NCBI GenBank assembly: GCA_030538315.1
Contig: JAUNUF010000004.1
Span: 7,760-71,759, forward strand
Direction: 5' to 3'
From: Propionibacteriaceae bacterium
GTDB taxonomy: Bacteria > Actinomycetota > Actinomycetes > Propionibacteriales > Propionibacteriaceae
Length of the DNA stretch: 64,000 nucleotides
Made by a program: the position numbers and the translations under genes. Positions 18,869 to 28,369 of the stretch are shown here, one piece after another (position 1 is the first letter of the stretch; every line of letters begins with the position of its first letter). Below the pieces are notes generated by a model. That model made no database searches and was not told where the DNA came from. It saw only the letters and a list, made by a program, of their open reading frames with translations.

Positions 18869-19831
18869 TCACTTGTAGCGCACGATGTTGTTGAACACCC
18901 ACTCGTCGCGCTTGACGGTGTAGGTGTAGCCACCGCCCGCCTTGGGCGTGGCGCTGACCACATCGGTCTTGATGAAGGATCGGCAAGCGTTGGTGCCCGT
19001 CTCTGCGGTGTTGCACTCGGTCTTCCACACCCGGTCCTTGATGGTGTGCTCACGCGGCACGACGAGCGGGTTCTGGCCCCAGAGGCTCCGCGCCATGGGC
19101 GCGTACGTGAGGTTGTTGAACGTCCAGCCCGTCACCCGCTCGTACTTGCCCTTGACCGTCTGCACCTGAGTCGCCCAGATCTCGGTGCGGCACCGCTGCG
19201 TCTGCGAGTACGGCTCACACGCCACCTTCCACAGGCGATTGTTGAGCGCGAAAACGCCAGCCTTCGAGTAGACCTCGTCGTCCTTGGCGGGGTTGGTGGG
19301 ATTGACCCCGGCGGTGACCGACGCCAACCACTGGGCGCCCGAATCAAACACCGTGCCGCCGTCGGTCAGCGGGCCCTTGTAGAAGTTGACGGTGGCGTAC
19401 AGCTCCGAGCCCTTCAGAACGGCACCCACGGAGATCAGGTCGTAGTTGGGTTCGAGGAGGTTCTCGCGGTGGCCCTTGGAGGCCATCCAGGCGCGCATCA
19501 CTTCACCCACCGGATCATCGAAGCCGATGTTCCAGCCCACGTTCTCGCCCCAGGCCGTTGCCCCAGCGAACCGGAAATCCGAGTTGTGGCTGATCCTGCC
19601 GGCCTTCTGCATGGAGAGGGACCACGGCTGCGCAATCTGGGCCGCCGGCTTGGGCACGAACCGCAACGGCTTGAGGTTGTGTTCCTTGCGCAGCGCGTTG
19701 TGCGCGTCGATCAGTTTGGCGATGGTGGCGGCGTTGGCCTTCTGCGACGCCTCGTCGGCCTGCGCTGAGGGGGCCACGAGGCCCGTCAACGCGATGGCAG
19801 CGGCGAACATGAGGGCGAGCAGTCTCTTCAC
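18869..19831 (-). CDS. Secreted CAP/SCP (PR-1-like) domain protein with C-terminal Cys-containing tandem-repeat module
   Basis: Signal peptide [28 protein letters not shown] motifs (HNSDF, GENVG, GHRENLL), and a C-terminal 124 aa homologous to the tail of the 25898-28363 protein. Confidence 0.8.
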   Translation of the reverse strand: MKRLLALMFAAAIALTGLVAPSAQADEASQKANAATIAKLIDAHNALRKEHNLKPLRFVPKPAAQIAQPWSLSMQKAGRISHNSDFRFAGATAWGENVGWNIGFDDPVGEVMRAWMASKGHRENLLEPNYDLISVGAVLKGSELYATVNFYKGPLTDGGTVFDSGAQWLASVTAGVNPTNPAKDDEVYSKAGVFALNNRLWKVACEPYSQTQRCRTEIWATQVQTVKGKYERVTGWTFNNLTYAPMARSLWGQNPLVVPREHTIKDRVWKTECNTAETGTNACRSFIKTDVVSATPKAGGGYTYTVKRDEWVFNNIVRYK

Positions 19832-20016
19832 GAGGGCACCTTCCGGGGAAGAAGTTGGTGTCTTTGCCTGCTGACGGTAACACCGCCCACGGTGCGGGTG
19901 CCAGCACCACGCCGGTTACGGACCGGCAGAGCCAGCAGCGCCACCACCACGGCGAGGGCGATGCACAGGCCTCCGACGGCGGCGCCGGGCTGGCGCCGCC
20001 GTCGGGGCTTCGTCAC
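19828..20016 (-). CDS. Candidate small membrane protein (62 aa), speculative
   Basis: The ORF exactly fills the pgi-CAP gap, with GTGA overlaps at both ends. It has a basic N-terminus and one hydrophobic helix ([18 protein letters not shown]). GC3 is high in the first ~30 codons. Confidence 0.3.
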   Translation of the reverse strand: MTKPRRRRQPGAAVGGLCIALAVVVALLALPVRNRRGAGTRTVGGVTVSRQRHQLLPRKVPS

Positions 20017-21683
20017 TCACGATTGGCGAGGTACCAGCTCACCAGGCCCTGCGTGGAGGGATCCTGCTTGGCCAAGGCTTCGGCGTCTCCGAAGACGGCG
20101 GGCGCGATCTCGAGCGCGAGCTTCTTGCCCAGCTCCACGCCCCACTGGTCGAAGGAATCGATGCCCCACACGATGCCCTGCACGAAGGTGATGTGCTCGT
20201 ACAGCGCGATGAGTTGGCCCACCACCGACGGCGTGAGCGCTGGCGCCATGATGGACGTGGTGGGCTTGTTCCCCTCGAACACGCGGGCGGGCACGATCTC
20301 CTCCGCGGTGCCCTCAGCGCGCACCTCGTCTGCCGTCTTGCCGAACGCCAACGCGGCAGTCTGGGCGAAGAAGTTGGCGAGGAACAGGCCGTGGACGTCC
20401 GTGTCGCCGTCCTTGACGGGGTTGGCCGGGTTGGCCACGGCGATGAAATCAGCCGGGATCAGGCGGGTGCCCTGGTGGATGAGCTGGTAGAACGCGTGCT
20501 GGCCGTTGGTGCCGGGCTCGCCCCAGAAGATCTCGCCGGTATCCGTGGTGACGGGCGTGCCGTCCCAGCGCACGGACTTGCCGTTGGATTCCATGGTGAG
20601 CTGCTGCAGGTAGGCCGCGAAGCGGTGCAGGTACTGCGCGTAGGGCAGCACGGCATGGCTGTGGGCATCGAAGAAATTGACGTACCACACGTTGAGCAGG
20701 CCCATCAGCAGCGGCACGTTGCGCTCTGGGGCCTCCTCACGGAAGTGGGTGTCCACAGCGTGGAAGCCTGCCAGGAAATCCCGGAAACCATCCGGGCCGA
20801 TGGCGATGGCAACAGGAAGGCCGACGGCGGAATCCACCGAATACCGGCCCCCCACCCAATCCCAGAAACCAAACGCGTTGGCCGGATCAATACCGAAATC
20901 CGCCACCTTGTCTAGGGCCGTGGACACGGCCACGAAGTGCCGGGCGATGGCCCCCTTGGCCTCATCCAGATCAGCGGCAGCGCCAACCTCGACGAGCTTG
21001 TTCAGGAACCAATCACGCGCCATGCGGGCGTTGGTGAGGGTCTCGAGCGTGGTGAACGTCTTCGAGGCCACGATGAACAGCGTGGTTTCGGGATCTAGAT
21101 CCTTGACCTTCTCGTAGCAGTCATTGGGGTCAATGTTGGAGACGAAGCGACAGGTCAGGCCGTCCTGCTTGTACGGGATGAGCGCCTCGTAAACCATGAC
21201 GGGGCCCAGATCCGAGCCGCCGATGCCGATGTTGACCACCGTCTCGATGCGCTTGCCCGTGACGCCCGTCCACTCGCCGGAGCGCACCTTCTCTGCGAAC
21301 GCATACATCCGGTCAAGTACCTCGTGCACATCCGCCACCACGTCTTGACCATCGACGGTGAGCTCAGCCTCACGCGGCAGGCGCAGCGCGGTGTGCAGCA
21401 CGGAGCGGTTCTCGGTGACGTTGATGCGCTCGCCGTTGAACATTGCGTCACGGCGCTCAGGCAGGTTCACCTGCTCCGAGAGGCGCACGAGGGCGGCCAG
21501 CACGTCTTCGTTGATGAGGTTCTTGGAAAGGTCAACCCGAAGATCCGCGAGATCAAAGGTGAATTCCTCTGCGCGGTTGGGATCAGCGGCGAACCAGCCG
21601 CGAAGATCGGGAACGAGGGCGTCCTTGAGGGTGCGGAGATCTGCCCAGGCTTCAGTGGCAGTGGCATCAACCGGAGTGTTCAT
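20013..21683 (-). CDS. pgi: Glucose-6-phosphate isomerase
   Basis: Full-length PGI pattern ([34 protein letters not shown]). Confidence 0.95.
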   Translation of the reverse strand: MNTPVDATATEAWADLRTLKDALVPDLRGWFAADPNRAEEFTFDLADLRVDLSKNLINEDVLAALVRLSEQVNLPERRDAMFNGERINVTENRSVLHTALRLPREAELTVDGQDVVADVHEVLDRMYAFAEKVRSGEWTGVTGKRIETVVNIGIGGSDLGPVMVYEALIPYKQDGLTCRFVSNIDPNDCYEKVKDLDPETTLFIVASKTFTTLETLTNARMARDWFLNKLVEVGAAADLDEAKGAIARHFVAVSTALDKVADFGIDPANAFGFWDWVGGRYSVDSAVGLPVAIAIGPDGFRDFLAGFHAVDTHFREEAPERNVPLLMGLLNVWYVNFFDAHSHAVLPYAQYLHRFAAYLQQLTMESNGKSVRWDGTPVTTDTGEIFWGEPGTNGQHAFYQLIHQGTRLIPADFIAVANPANPVKDGDTDVHGLFLANFFAQTAALAFGKTADEVRAEGTAEEIVPARVFEGNKPTTSIMAPALTPSVVGQLIALYEHITFVQGIVWGIDSFDQWGVELGKKLALEIAPAVFGDAEALAKQDPSTQGLVSWYLANRE

Positions 21684-21827
21684 GGCCCCAGCCTAGAGCG
21701 CCCCACCGACACGTACTCTCAGACCCTCAGAGTTGCCACCATTTGCCGCACGAAGCCGAGGGCCCTCGCCGTCGGGGTTCACCGCCTAGGCGCTTCGCGC
21801 TTGGAGATACCCAGCCATCGGGCAAGA

Positions 21828-22937
21828 ATGGGAGCCATGACCCATGGAGCGCGTGGCTACGAAGAGTACGAAGAGCCGGAAGACGACGGCTTCTTCGACG
21901 ACGAATCCGAGCAGCCGCAGCGCAGGAAGAAGCGCCGCGGCCCACTGTTCGTGCTGTTCATGGTGTGCATCCTGGTGCTGCTCATCCCCGTGCTGCTGCT
22001 GAGCTTCTACGCGGGCCGAGGCTTCCTCGCGATCAACTCCATCGAACGCGACTCTTCCCTGACGCCCACCGAATATGAGGGGCGCCCCGCACCCGCGGCC
22101 CCCAAGCCAGACAACCCGGAGGGCCCTGCCCCCATCAACTTCGTGCTGATGGGCTCAGACGCCCGCGGCAGCGAACGAGGCCGCTCCGATTCACTGATGG
22201 TGGCCCACATCACCGGTGACCGGAAGCATGTCTACCTCATCTCCTTCCCCCGCGACATGTGGGTGGAGGTGCCCGGCCGCGGCAAGGCCAAGATCAACGC
22301 CGCCTACTCATGGGGAGGCCCCGCCCTCACCGTCCGCACGCTGGAGAACCTGCTCGACGTGCGGATGGACCACACCGTGGGCATCGACTTCGAGGGCTTC
22401 ATCAACCTCACGCAGGCCGTGGGCGGCGTGACCGTGCACAACCCGTGGGCCTCGAGCTCCAACGGATACTCCTTCAAGGAGGGCGAGCTCACCCTGCAGG
22501 GCGAAGAGGCGCTGGTCTACGTGCGGGAACGCTACAACCTGCCCAACGGTGATCTGGACCGCGCGTACCGGCAGCGCACCGTCGTCAAGGGCATCATTCG
22601 CCAGCTCGCCACCCCAGAGACGCTCACCAACCCGGCTCGCTTCAACGACGTCGTGGGCCAGGTGGCAGACACGCTCGCCGTCGACGATCAGATGACCAAC
22701 AGCTACATCACGGAGCTGGGCATGTCGATGCGCATCACAGGCACCGACGGCGTGCGCATGCTGCAGGCCCCCATCACGGGCTTTGCCACCATCCAGGGAC
22801 AATCCGTCGATGTGGTGGATTTCGGCCGCATCAAGATGCTGTCGGATTCCCTGAAGAGCGACACGATGGACTTCTACTTCGAGAGCTACGGCAAGGACAA
22901 CTACGCCAAGCTGCCGCAGGTGGATCCACCGGAGTGA
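21828..22937 (+). CDS. LytR-CpsA-Psr (LCP) family cell-envelope phosphotransferase
   Basis: Acidic cytoplasmic tail, a TM helix, and LCP core NFVLMGSDARG...RSDSLMVAHI...SFPRDMWV. Start is the ATG at 21828; the upstream track ORF overlaps pgi. Confidence 0.85.
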   Translation: MGAMTHGARGYEEYEEPEDDGFFDDESEQPQRRKKRRGPLFVLFMVCILVLLIPVLLLSFYAGRGFLAINSIERDSSLTPTEYEGRPAPAAPKPDNPEGPAPINFVLMGSDARGSERGRSDSLMVAHITGDRKHVYLISFPRDMWVEVPGRGKAKINAAYSWGGPALTVRTLENLLDVRMDHTVGIDFEGFINLTQAVGGVTVHNPWASSSNGYSFKEGELTLQGEEALVYVRERYNLPNGDLDRAYRQRTVVKGIIRQLATPETLTNPARFNDVVGQVADTLAVDDQMTNSYITELGMSMRITGTDGVRMLQAPITGFATIQGQSVDVVDFGRIKMLSDSLKSDTMDFYFESYGKDNYAKLPQVDPPE

Positions 22938-23401
22938 CCGACAATCCATCTCCGCGCCCGCTGTTTCGATGGTGGGCGTTGGCCTTGATCGCGCTGTTGA
23001 GCCTGCCCGCAGCGTGGTTGGTGTTCATCGCCGAGGGATGGACGGTCAACCGGCTGGTGGTGCGGATCTGGAGCATCGCACGCCAGTTCTGGCCGCCCAT
23101 GAGGCCTGACGACATGGATGCCATCCTCAACACCGCGCTGTTCGTGCCGCTCGGGCTGCTCGCTGCGCTGTGGGCGCCGCGCGTGCTGTGGTGGGTGTGG
23201 GGTCTCATCGGGCTGGCCGGATCGGTGTCGATCGAGCTGTTGCAGTACCTCTTCCTGCCCCGCGACGCCTCGGGCTGGGACGTGTTCTTCAACACCTTGG
23301 GCGCCTTCCTTGGCGCGGCGATTGGCGAAGGAATCAACCGCGCGATCATCTGGGCCCGTGGGCGGGCAGCGCAGCCCAGAAGCACACAGCCTGAGGCGTG
23401 A
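22934..23401 (+). CDS. VanZ-like family membrane protein
   Basis: 4 TM segments, with LNTALFVPLG and SIELLQYLFLPRDASGWDV motifs. GTG start overlaps the LCP stop. Confidence 0.7.
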   Translation: MTDNPSPRPLFRWWALALIALLSLPAAWLVFIAEGWTVNRLVVRIWSIARQFWPPMRPDDMDAILNTALFVPLGLLAALWAPRVLWWVWGLIGLAGSVSIELLQYLFLPRDASGWDVFFNTLGAFLGAAIGEGINRAIIWARGRAAQPRSTQPEA

Positions 23402-24769
23402 TCAGGCCTCTTCCAGCGCCTTGTCCGTGTACTCCGGCAGGAACCACGCCGCCACCATGGCCATGGCGAACATCAGGCCAAGCACCACGAACAGCATGGG
23501 CCGGCCGGCCGAGGCCACGATGACCGGCACCAGCAGCGGCGCAGCCATCGCGGCGATCCGCCCGAACGCGGTTGCCGCGCCCGCTCCGGAGGCGCGCATG
23601 GCGGTGGGATAGACCTCCGGGGTGATGGCATACAGCGCGCCCCAGGCGCCGAGGTTGAAGAAGCTCAGGGTGCAGCCGGCCGCCAAGGTGATGGCGTACT
23701 CGGCGCCGGCGCTGCCGGGTGCCACGGCCGCAGCGATGGACGGGGCCATCCCGAAAGCGATGGCGCCGACGACGGAGCCGCCCAAGAAGGCGACCAGCGT
23801 GGGCCTGCGCCCCCACACCTCGATGAGGATGGCCGCGAGGAGGTAGCCGGGCAGCTGGGCAAGGGTCATGAAGAGCGTGAACTGGAAGCTCTTCACCAAC
23901 GTCATCCCGCCGTCGTACAGCAGCGTGGGCAGCCAGATGAAGGCGCCGTAATAGGAGAAGTTGATGCCAAACCACACCAGCCACAACGCGATGCTGCGCG
24001 TGCGGAAGCGATCTCCGAAGAGTTCCTTCTTGGTGACCTTGACCGCCTTGGCCGTCTCGCCGTCGGGCGCCTTGTCCTTGTCCTCGACGGTGACCCCGGC
24101 CGCGTCTTCGAACTCGCGGACGGCGGCCTCCGCCTCAGCGTGGCGGCCTGCGGACTCCAGGAATCGCACGGATTCTGGCAGGCCGAAGCGCACCACCAGC
24201 GCGTAGACGGCGGGGATGGCCCCCAGCGCAAGCGCCCAGCGCCAGCCGTTCTCGTGAGGCACCACGAAGAAGCCGATGGTGGCGGCGGCGAGCCAACCCA
24301 CCGCCCAGAAGGATTCCAGCGCCACGACGACGCGGCCGCGGATCTTGCGCGGGGCGTACTCGCTGACGAGGGTGGATGCGACGGGGAGCTCGGCGCCCAG
24401 GCCCATGCCCACGATGAAACGCAGCACGATCAGCATGACCAGCCCCGTGGAGAGGGCCGAGATGCCGGTGGCGATGCCGTAGATCAGCAGGGTGAGCGCG
24501 AACACCTGGCGTCGGCCGATCTTGTCGGCGAGCAGGCCGCCCAACGACGCGCCGATCGCCATGCCCACGAAACCAATGGAACCCAGCAGCGACAGCTGCC
24601 CAGAGCCCAACCCCCACTCCGCGGCGAGCGCGGCCATGATGAAGGAGATGAGCCCGATGTCCATCGCGTCGAGGGCCCAGCCAATGCCGGAGCCGAACAG
24701 GAGCTTGTTGTGCTTGCGCGTGTACGGCAGCTCGTCGAGACGTTGCGCGCGGGTGAGGTTCAGGCTCAT
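23402..24769 (-). CDS. MFS transporter (sugar/aromatic-acid porter-like)
   Basis: 12-TM pattern with GRR/GRRP loops (LADKIGRRQ, VWGRRPT). Start is the ATG at 24769 (MSLNLTRAQR...); the upstream 235 codons are rejected. Confidence 0.8.
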   Translation of the reverse strand: MSLNLTRAQRLDELPYTRKHNKLLFGSGIGWALDAMDIGLISFIMAALAAEWGLGSGQLSLLGSIGFVGMAIGASLGGLLADKIGRRQVFALTLLIYGIATGISALSTGLVMLIVLRFIVGMGLGAELPVASTLVSEYAPRKIRGRVVVALESFWAVGWLAAATIGFFVVPHENGWRWALALGAIPAVYALVVRFGLPESVRFLESAGRHAEAEAAVREFEDAAGVTVEDKDKAPDGETAKAVKVTKKELFGDRFRTRSIALWLVWFGINFSYYGAFIWLPTLLYDGGMTLVKSFQFTLFMTLAQLPGYLLAAILIEVWGRRPTLVAFLGGSVVGAIAFGMAPSIAAAVAPGSAGAEYAITLAAGCTLSFFNLGAWGALYAITPEVYPTAMRASGAGAATAFGRIAAMAAPLLVPVIVASAGRPMLFVVLGLMFAMAMVAAWFLPEYTDKALEEA

Positions 24770-24805
24770 GCGCGGAAGCCTATGCCCTTGCGGCAAGATG
24801 GAGCC

Positions 24806-25420
24806 ATGACTCTCCAAGGAATTGTGGTGTGCCTGCCAGCGGCGCCGGTTGAGGACTACATCGGCGTTGTCGAGGTGCTCATCCAGGAGGGTTTCACTCG
24901 GTTCGCACTGCCTGCCACCTCCGGGGTTTTTGCCGAAGTGACGGCCATCTTCGGAGCCCGCGCCACATTCGGCGCGTCCCGGGTGTCGTCGAGCACGCAC
25001 GTGATGCGGGCGGCCGAGGCGGGCGCGAAGTTCGTGTTCGCGGACGTGCGGGACAGCGATGTCGCCGACGCTGCCGACGAGCGCGGCATGGAGTGCTGGA
25101 CCACCGCCATGACGCCGCGCGAGGTGCGCAGCTCGCTGCTGCAGTCCAACCGGGCGCTCCTCTACCCCGCCGACGTCGTGGGCCACGCGATGGCACCGCG
25201 GCTGGCTGAGCTCGGCATGATCGACCGCGTGATTCCGCTGGGCGGCATCGGAGCCTACGCGGCCGGCGAGTGGTTCAAGGCGGGTGCGCCCGCCGTCGCC
25301 GTGGACACCACGCTGCTGGGCGATGCGTTCAGCGGCGGGTCGCTCTCGATGCTGCGCGACCGGTGCGGCTCGTTCATCGCTCTGGAGAAGCGACACGCCG
25401 GAGGGGAAAATCCCCGGTGA
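24806..25420 (+). CDS. KDPG/KHG aldolase (Eda)-fold protein, apparently lacking the catalytic residues
   Basis: Collinear by eye with Eda (EAGAKFVFAD ~ EAGAQFAISPG; IPLGGIG ~ CPTGGIS). Start is the ATG at 24806. Confidence 0.55.
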   Translation: MTLQGIVVCLPAAPVEDYIGVVEVLIQEGFTRFALPATSGVFAEVTAIFGARATFGASRVSSSTHVMRAAEAGAKFVFADVRDSDVADAADERGMECWTTAMTPREVRSSLLQSNRALLYPADVVGHAMAPRLAELGMIDRVIPLGGIGAYAAGEWFKAGAPAVAVDTTLLGDAFSGGSLSMLRDRCGSFIALEKRHAGGENPR

Positions 25421-25473
25421 GACAACTAGTTTTACCCTCGCCGACGGTCTAGGCTCCACCGTGGGGGGCGGCA

Positions 25474-25875
25474 ATGCGACACCTAGTTCTCATCCTGGCC
25501 ATCACATGCACAGCCATCTTCACGATGGGGTGCACCAGCACCTACGACCACCAAGTCAACTCGCTCAAAGCCGAGCCAATGACCTCAGAATCGCTTCTGG
25601 GGATGCAGTTGATCAGCAAGGAAGACCCTCCCACCGACGGGGGGGCCGTGAAGGACCCTGCGGTCGTGGCGGAGCGGCTCTTCAAGGTTGATTCCTCTGA
25701 CGGCGCGCTGCAACGAGTGCAGGACGAGGCGCAGGTCCACGGCTGGCGTGGGCTGGAAGGTGCAGGCGATGCACAGACGTGGGTCGCCAAGAAGGACGAT
25801 GCTCAGGGTGTGGAGATGACGCTGGTGGTCAGCACTCCCGACCCCCAAACAGTGAAGGTCATCGTGGCCTACTAA
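25474..25875 (+). CDS. Hypothetical lipoprotein
   Basis: Signal peptide with lipobox (LAITCTAIFTMGCTS). 133 aa, no recognised domain. Confidence 0.5.
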   Translation: MRHLVLILAITCTAIFTMGCTSTYDHQVNSLKAEPMTSESLLGMQLISKEDPPTDGGAVKDPAVVAERLFKVDSSDGALQRVQDEAQVHGWRGLEGAGDAQTWVAKKDDAQGVEMTLVVSTPDPQTVKVIVAY

Positions 25876-25897
25876 ACCGTCCATCTTGGGGGACAAC

Positions 25898-28363
25898 ATG
25901 AGAAAAACGCTCCTACTATTGCTTTCAGCGGCACTCCTGGTCAGCATCGCGGGGTTCACCCGCGCTGGCGCGCAAACCACGCCTCGGCAACGGGTCAGCA
26001 TCGCGTTGATCGGGGACTCATACACAGCCGGCAACGGCGCAGGGCAGTACGACAAGGTAAAGGGCGCCTACCGCAGCGCACGCAACTGGGGCAACGTGTA
26101 TGCCCGTTGGCTCAACGATCAAGGAGCCCATGCCAACCTTGTCAACCTGGCGCACAGCGGCTACACGACCGACCAGATCCTCGCCATCCAGGTGCCGCAG
26201 GTTTCCACGGCTTCGGATCTGGTGTTGTTCACCGCGGGAGGCAACGACGTCAAATTCGAGCAGATCGTGACCCGCTGTTTTGGCGTTGGGTACCGGGATC
26301 CCGTCCTGTGCCGCGACCACGTCGAGGATGCGCGTGCCAATCTCGACAAGGTGAGGTCCGGCACCTTGGCTGTCCTCCGCGCCCTTGAGGCTCGCCTCTC
26401 CCCTGGCGCCCAGGTGGTGTTCGTCGGCTATCCGCTGCTGGCGCTGCACCACCCCGGGTATCGGTTGAGCAAGTGCGTGCAACGCAACCGGTTCGGGGTG
26501 TGCACCGAGACCTTCCGTTATGAGGCCGCCACCGAGGTGCGCAAACTGGGGGTGGAAGCCAACCGGCTGCAGGCCACAATGGTCGAGGGGTGGAACCGCA
26601 CCTCCAGCCTCAAGGTGACCTTCGTCGACGCCCAGGGAAAGTTCGATGGTCACGAGCCGTACTCATCGGCGGCTCTGGACAATAGGTATCGGTGGATCAA
26701 CGAACTGCTGGAAACCGAGGGGCAGGTCCGCAATCGTGCCACCGGCGTGGTTTCCAGCCGCGTCAGCGCCGACAAGAACAACTTCTACCACCCCAACATT
26801 GAAGGGCACCTCCAGCTCGGGTGGTTGCTGGGAAGCAAGATCGGCATCCCGCAATCGGCCAAGCCCATCCTGCCAAGCAGCGGCTCCGCCATCGATCTCG
26901 CGTTCGTGATCGACACCACCGGCTCGATGGGGGGCAGCATCGCCAGCGTCCAACAAGAGGTGCGCAACATCGTGGCCGCCGTCGAAGCATCGTCGGTATC
27001 AGCGCGGTACAGCCTGGCCACCTACCGCGACCATCCCGAGTCGACGGGGGACCCGGGCGACTACGCAAGCAAGCTCCGCGTGCCCTTCACCACGGACAGC
27101 GAACAATTGATCACTGAACTCAACGCGCTCACCGTTGATGGCGGCGGAGATTGGGAGGAGACCGTCTACAGCGGCGCGATGGCCGGGCTGAACCAGCCAT
27201 GGCGCGACGGCGTCAAGAAGGTGATGCTCATCCTGGGCGACGCTCCAGCCAAGGACCCAGAGCCCATCACGGGCTACACCGCCGAATCCGTGGCCCGCGT
27301 GGCCTTTGAGATTGATCCCGTGGAGGTCTACGCGATCGACACCGGGGATTTGCTACAGAACGGCGTGGACCGCCTCGTCGAACTATCCGGCGGCACCGCC
27401 CACGAGGTGCACAGCGGTGAGGCAGGCGAACGAATCCTCGAAGCCATCGAGACGATCGCCGACAAGCCCTTCGGCTGGGTGCAGGGGCCCACCGTGCTCA
27501 CCGTCGGTGAGGAATTCACCTTCGACGCACGCGGCTCGTACGCCATGGAGGGCGAGATCGTGCAGTACGAGTGGGACTTCAACGGCGACGGCGAGTTCGA
27601 CCTGACCGAAACCACCGGCGAGGTCACCCGCTCCTTCTCGGCGCCCTTCGACGGGTTCATGGGTGTACGGGTCACCGACGAACGCGGCCAACAGTCGATG
27701 GGCAGCACCGCGCTCACCGTCGTGGCTGGGTGTTCCGAGGGCGAGTTGGTTGGCGACGAGTGCGTGACCTTCGACCCGTACCCCACCGAGGACCTCCCCG
27801 ATGTGTTTGAGGAGGTCGTCGAGGACGAGCCCGCCCCTGAGCCGCCAACGGACCCGGCCCCGGAGCCGGAGCCGACCACTTCACCGAGCCCAGAGCCCAC
27901 GCGTGACTCATCGCCGGGCCCCGAGCAAGGCCTGCCCGGATTCACCCCTGCAGCGCCCTACACGTTGAGCGGCACGCACAACGTCAACGGGCGCCTGTGG
28001 CGCACGGGCTGCGAGAAGTACTCGGCGACGGTGAGGTGCCGCACGGAGATCGAGGCCACCGTCGTGAAGCGCGGGGCAACCGGCTACCACCTGGCCAAGG
28101 AGTTCACGTTCAACAACCTGACGTACCTGCCCTCCAAGCGTGACCTGTGGACGGGCAACCCGTTGGCGCAGGCCGGCGAGTGGAAGGCGAAGGACGGCCG
28201 ACGGTGGCGCACCGAGTGCGGCACGCCCAAGACCGGGCGTGACGGATGCCGCAGCTACGTGATCGCTTCAGTGGTCGAGGCCACGGCCCGGCCAGGAGGT
28301 GGCTACACCTACCGGGTGGTCGACAAGTGGGTGTTCAACAACATCGTGATGTTCTCTCGGTGA
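25898..28363 (+). CDS. Secreted multidomain protein: SGNH/GDSL hydrolase - VWA - PKD - Pro/Glu-rich linker - Cys-containing tandem-repeat module
   Basis: Signal peptide MRKTLLLLLSAALLV. GDSL block IALIGDSYTAGNG with a late DGHEP..HP block. VWA MIDAS-like DLAFVIDTTGSMGG. PKD-like YEWDFNGDGEFD. C-terminal 127 aa are homologous to the CAP protein tail. Confidence 0.8.
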   Translation: MRKTLLLLLSAALLVSIAGFTRAGAQTTPRQRVSIALIGDSYTAGNGAGQYDKVKGAYRSARNWGNVYARWLNDQGAHANLVNLAHSGYTTDQILAIQVPQVSTASDLVLFTAGGNDVKFEQIVTRCFGVGYRDPVLCRDHVEDARANLDKVRSGTLAVLRALEARLSPGAQVVFVGYPLLALHHPGYRLSKCVQRNRFGVCTETFRYEAATEVRKLGVEANRLQATMVEGWNRTSSLKVTFVDAQGKFDGHEPYSSAALDNRYRWINELLETEGQVRNRATGVVSSRVSADKNNFYHPNIEGHLQLGWLLGSKIGIPQSAKPILPSSGSAIDLAFVIDTTGSMGGSIASVQQEVRNIVAAVEASSVSARYSLATYRDHPESTGDPGDYASKLRVPFTTDSEQLITELNALTVDGGGDWEETVYSGAMAGLNQPWRDGVKKVMLILGDAPAKDPEPITGYTAESVARVAFEIDPVEVYAIDTGDLLQNGVDRLVELSGGTAHEVHSGEAGERILEAIETIADKPFGWVQGPTVLTVGEEFTFDARGSYAMEGEIVQYEWDFNGDGEFDLTETTGEVTRSFSAPFDGFMGVRVTDERGQQSMGSTALTVVAGCSEGELVGDECVTFDPYPTEDLPDVFEEVVEDEPAPEPPTDPAPEPEPTTSPSPEPTRDSSPGPEQGLPGFTPAAPYTLSGTHNVNGRLWRTGCEKYSATVRCRTEIEATVVKRGATGYHLAKEFTFNNLTYLPSKRDLWTGNPLAQAGEWKAKDGRRWRTECGTPKTGRDGCRSYVIASVVEATARPGGGYTYRVVDKWVFNNIVMFSR

Positions 28364-28369
28364 GCACCC

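Noticed and set aside
21324-21827. N-terminal extensions of track ORFs: LCP 21324, MFS up to 25474, Eda-like from 24140, iolA up to 46961, aldolase-like up to 57365, nanE up to 31863, LacI up to 8378, GH42 from 8126, dprA from 61160.
   Set aside because: The extensions overlap neighbouring genes or operator regions, lack homology-like sequence, and each contains an internal start with an RBS and/or ATGA-type coupling that gives family-typical N-termini.
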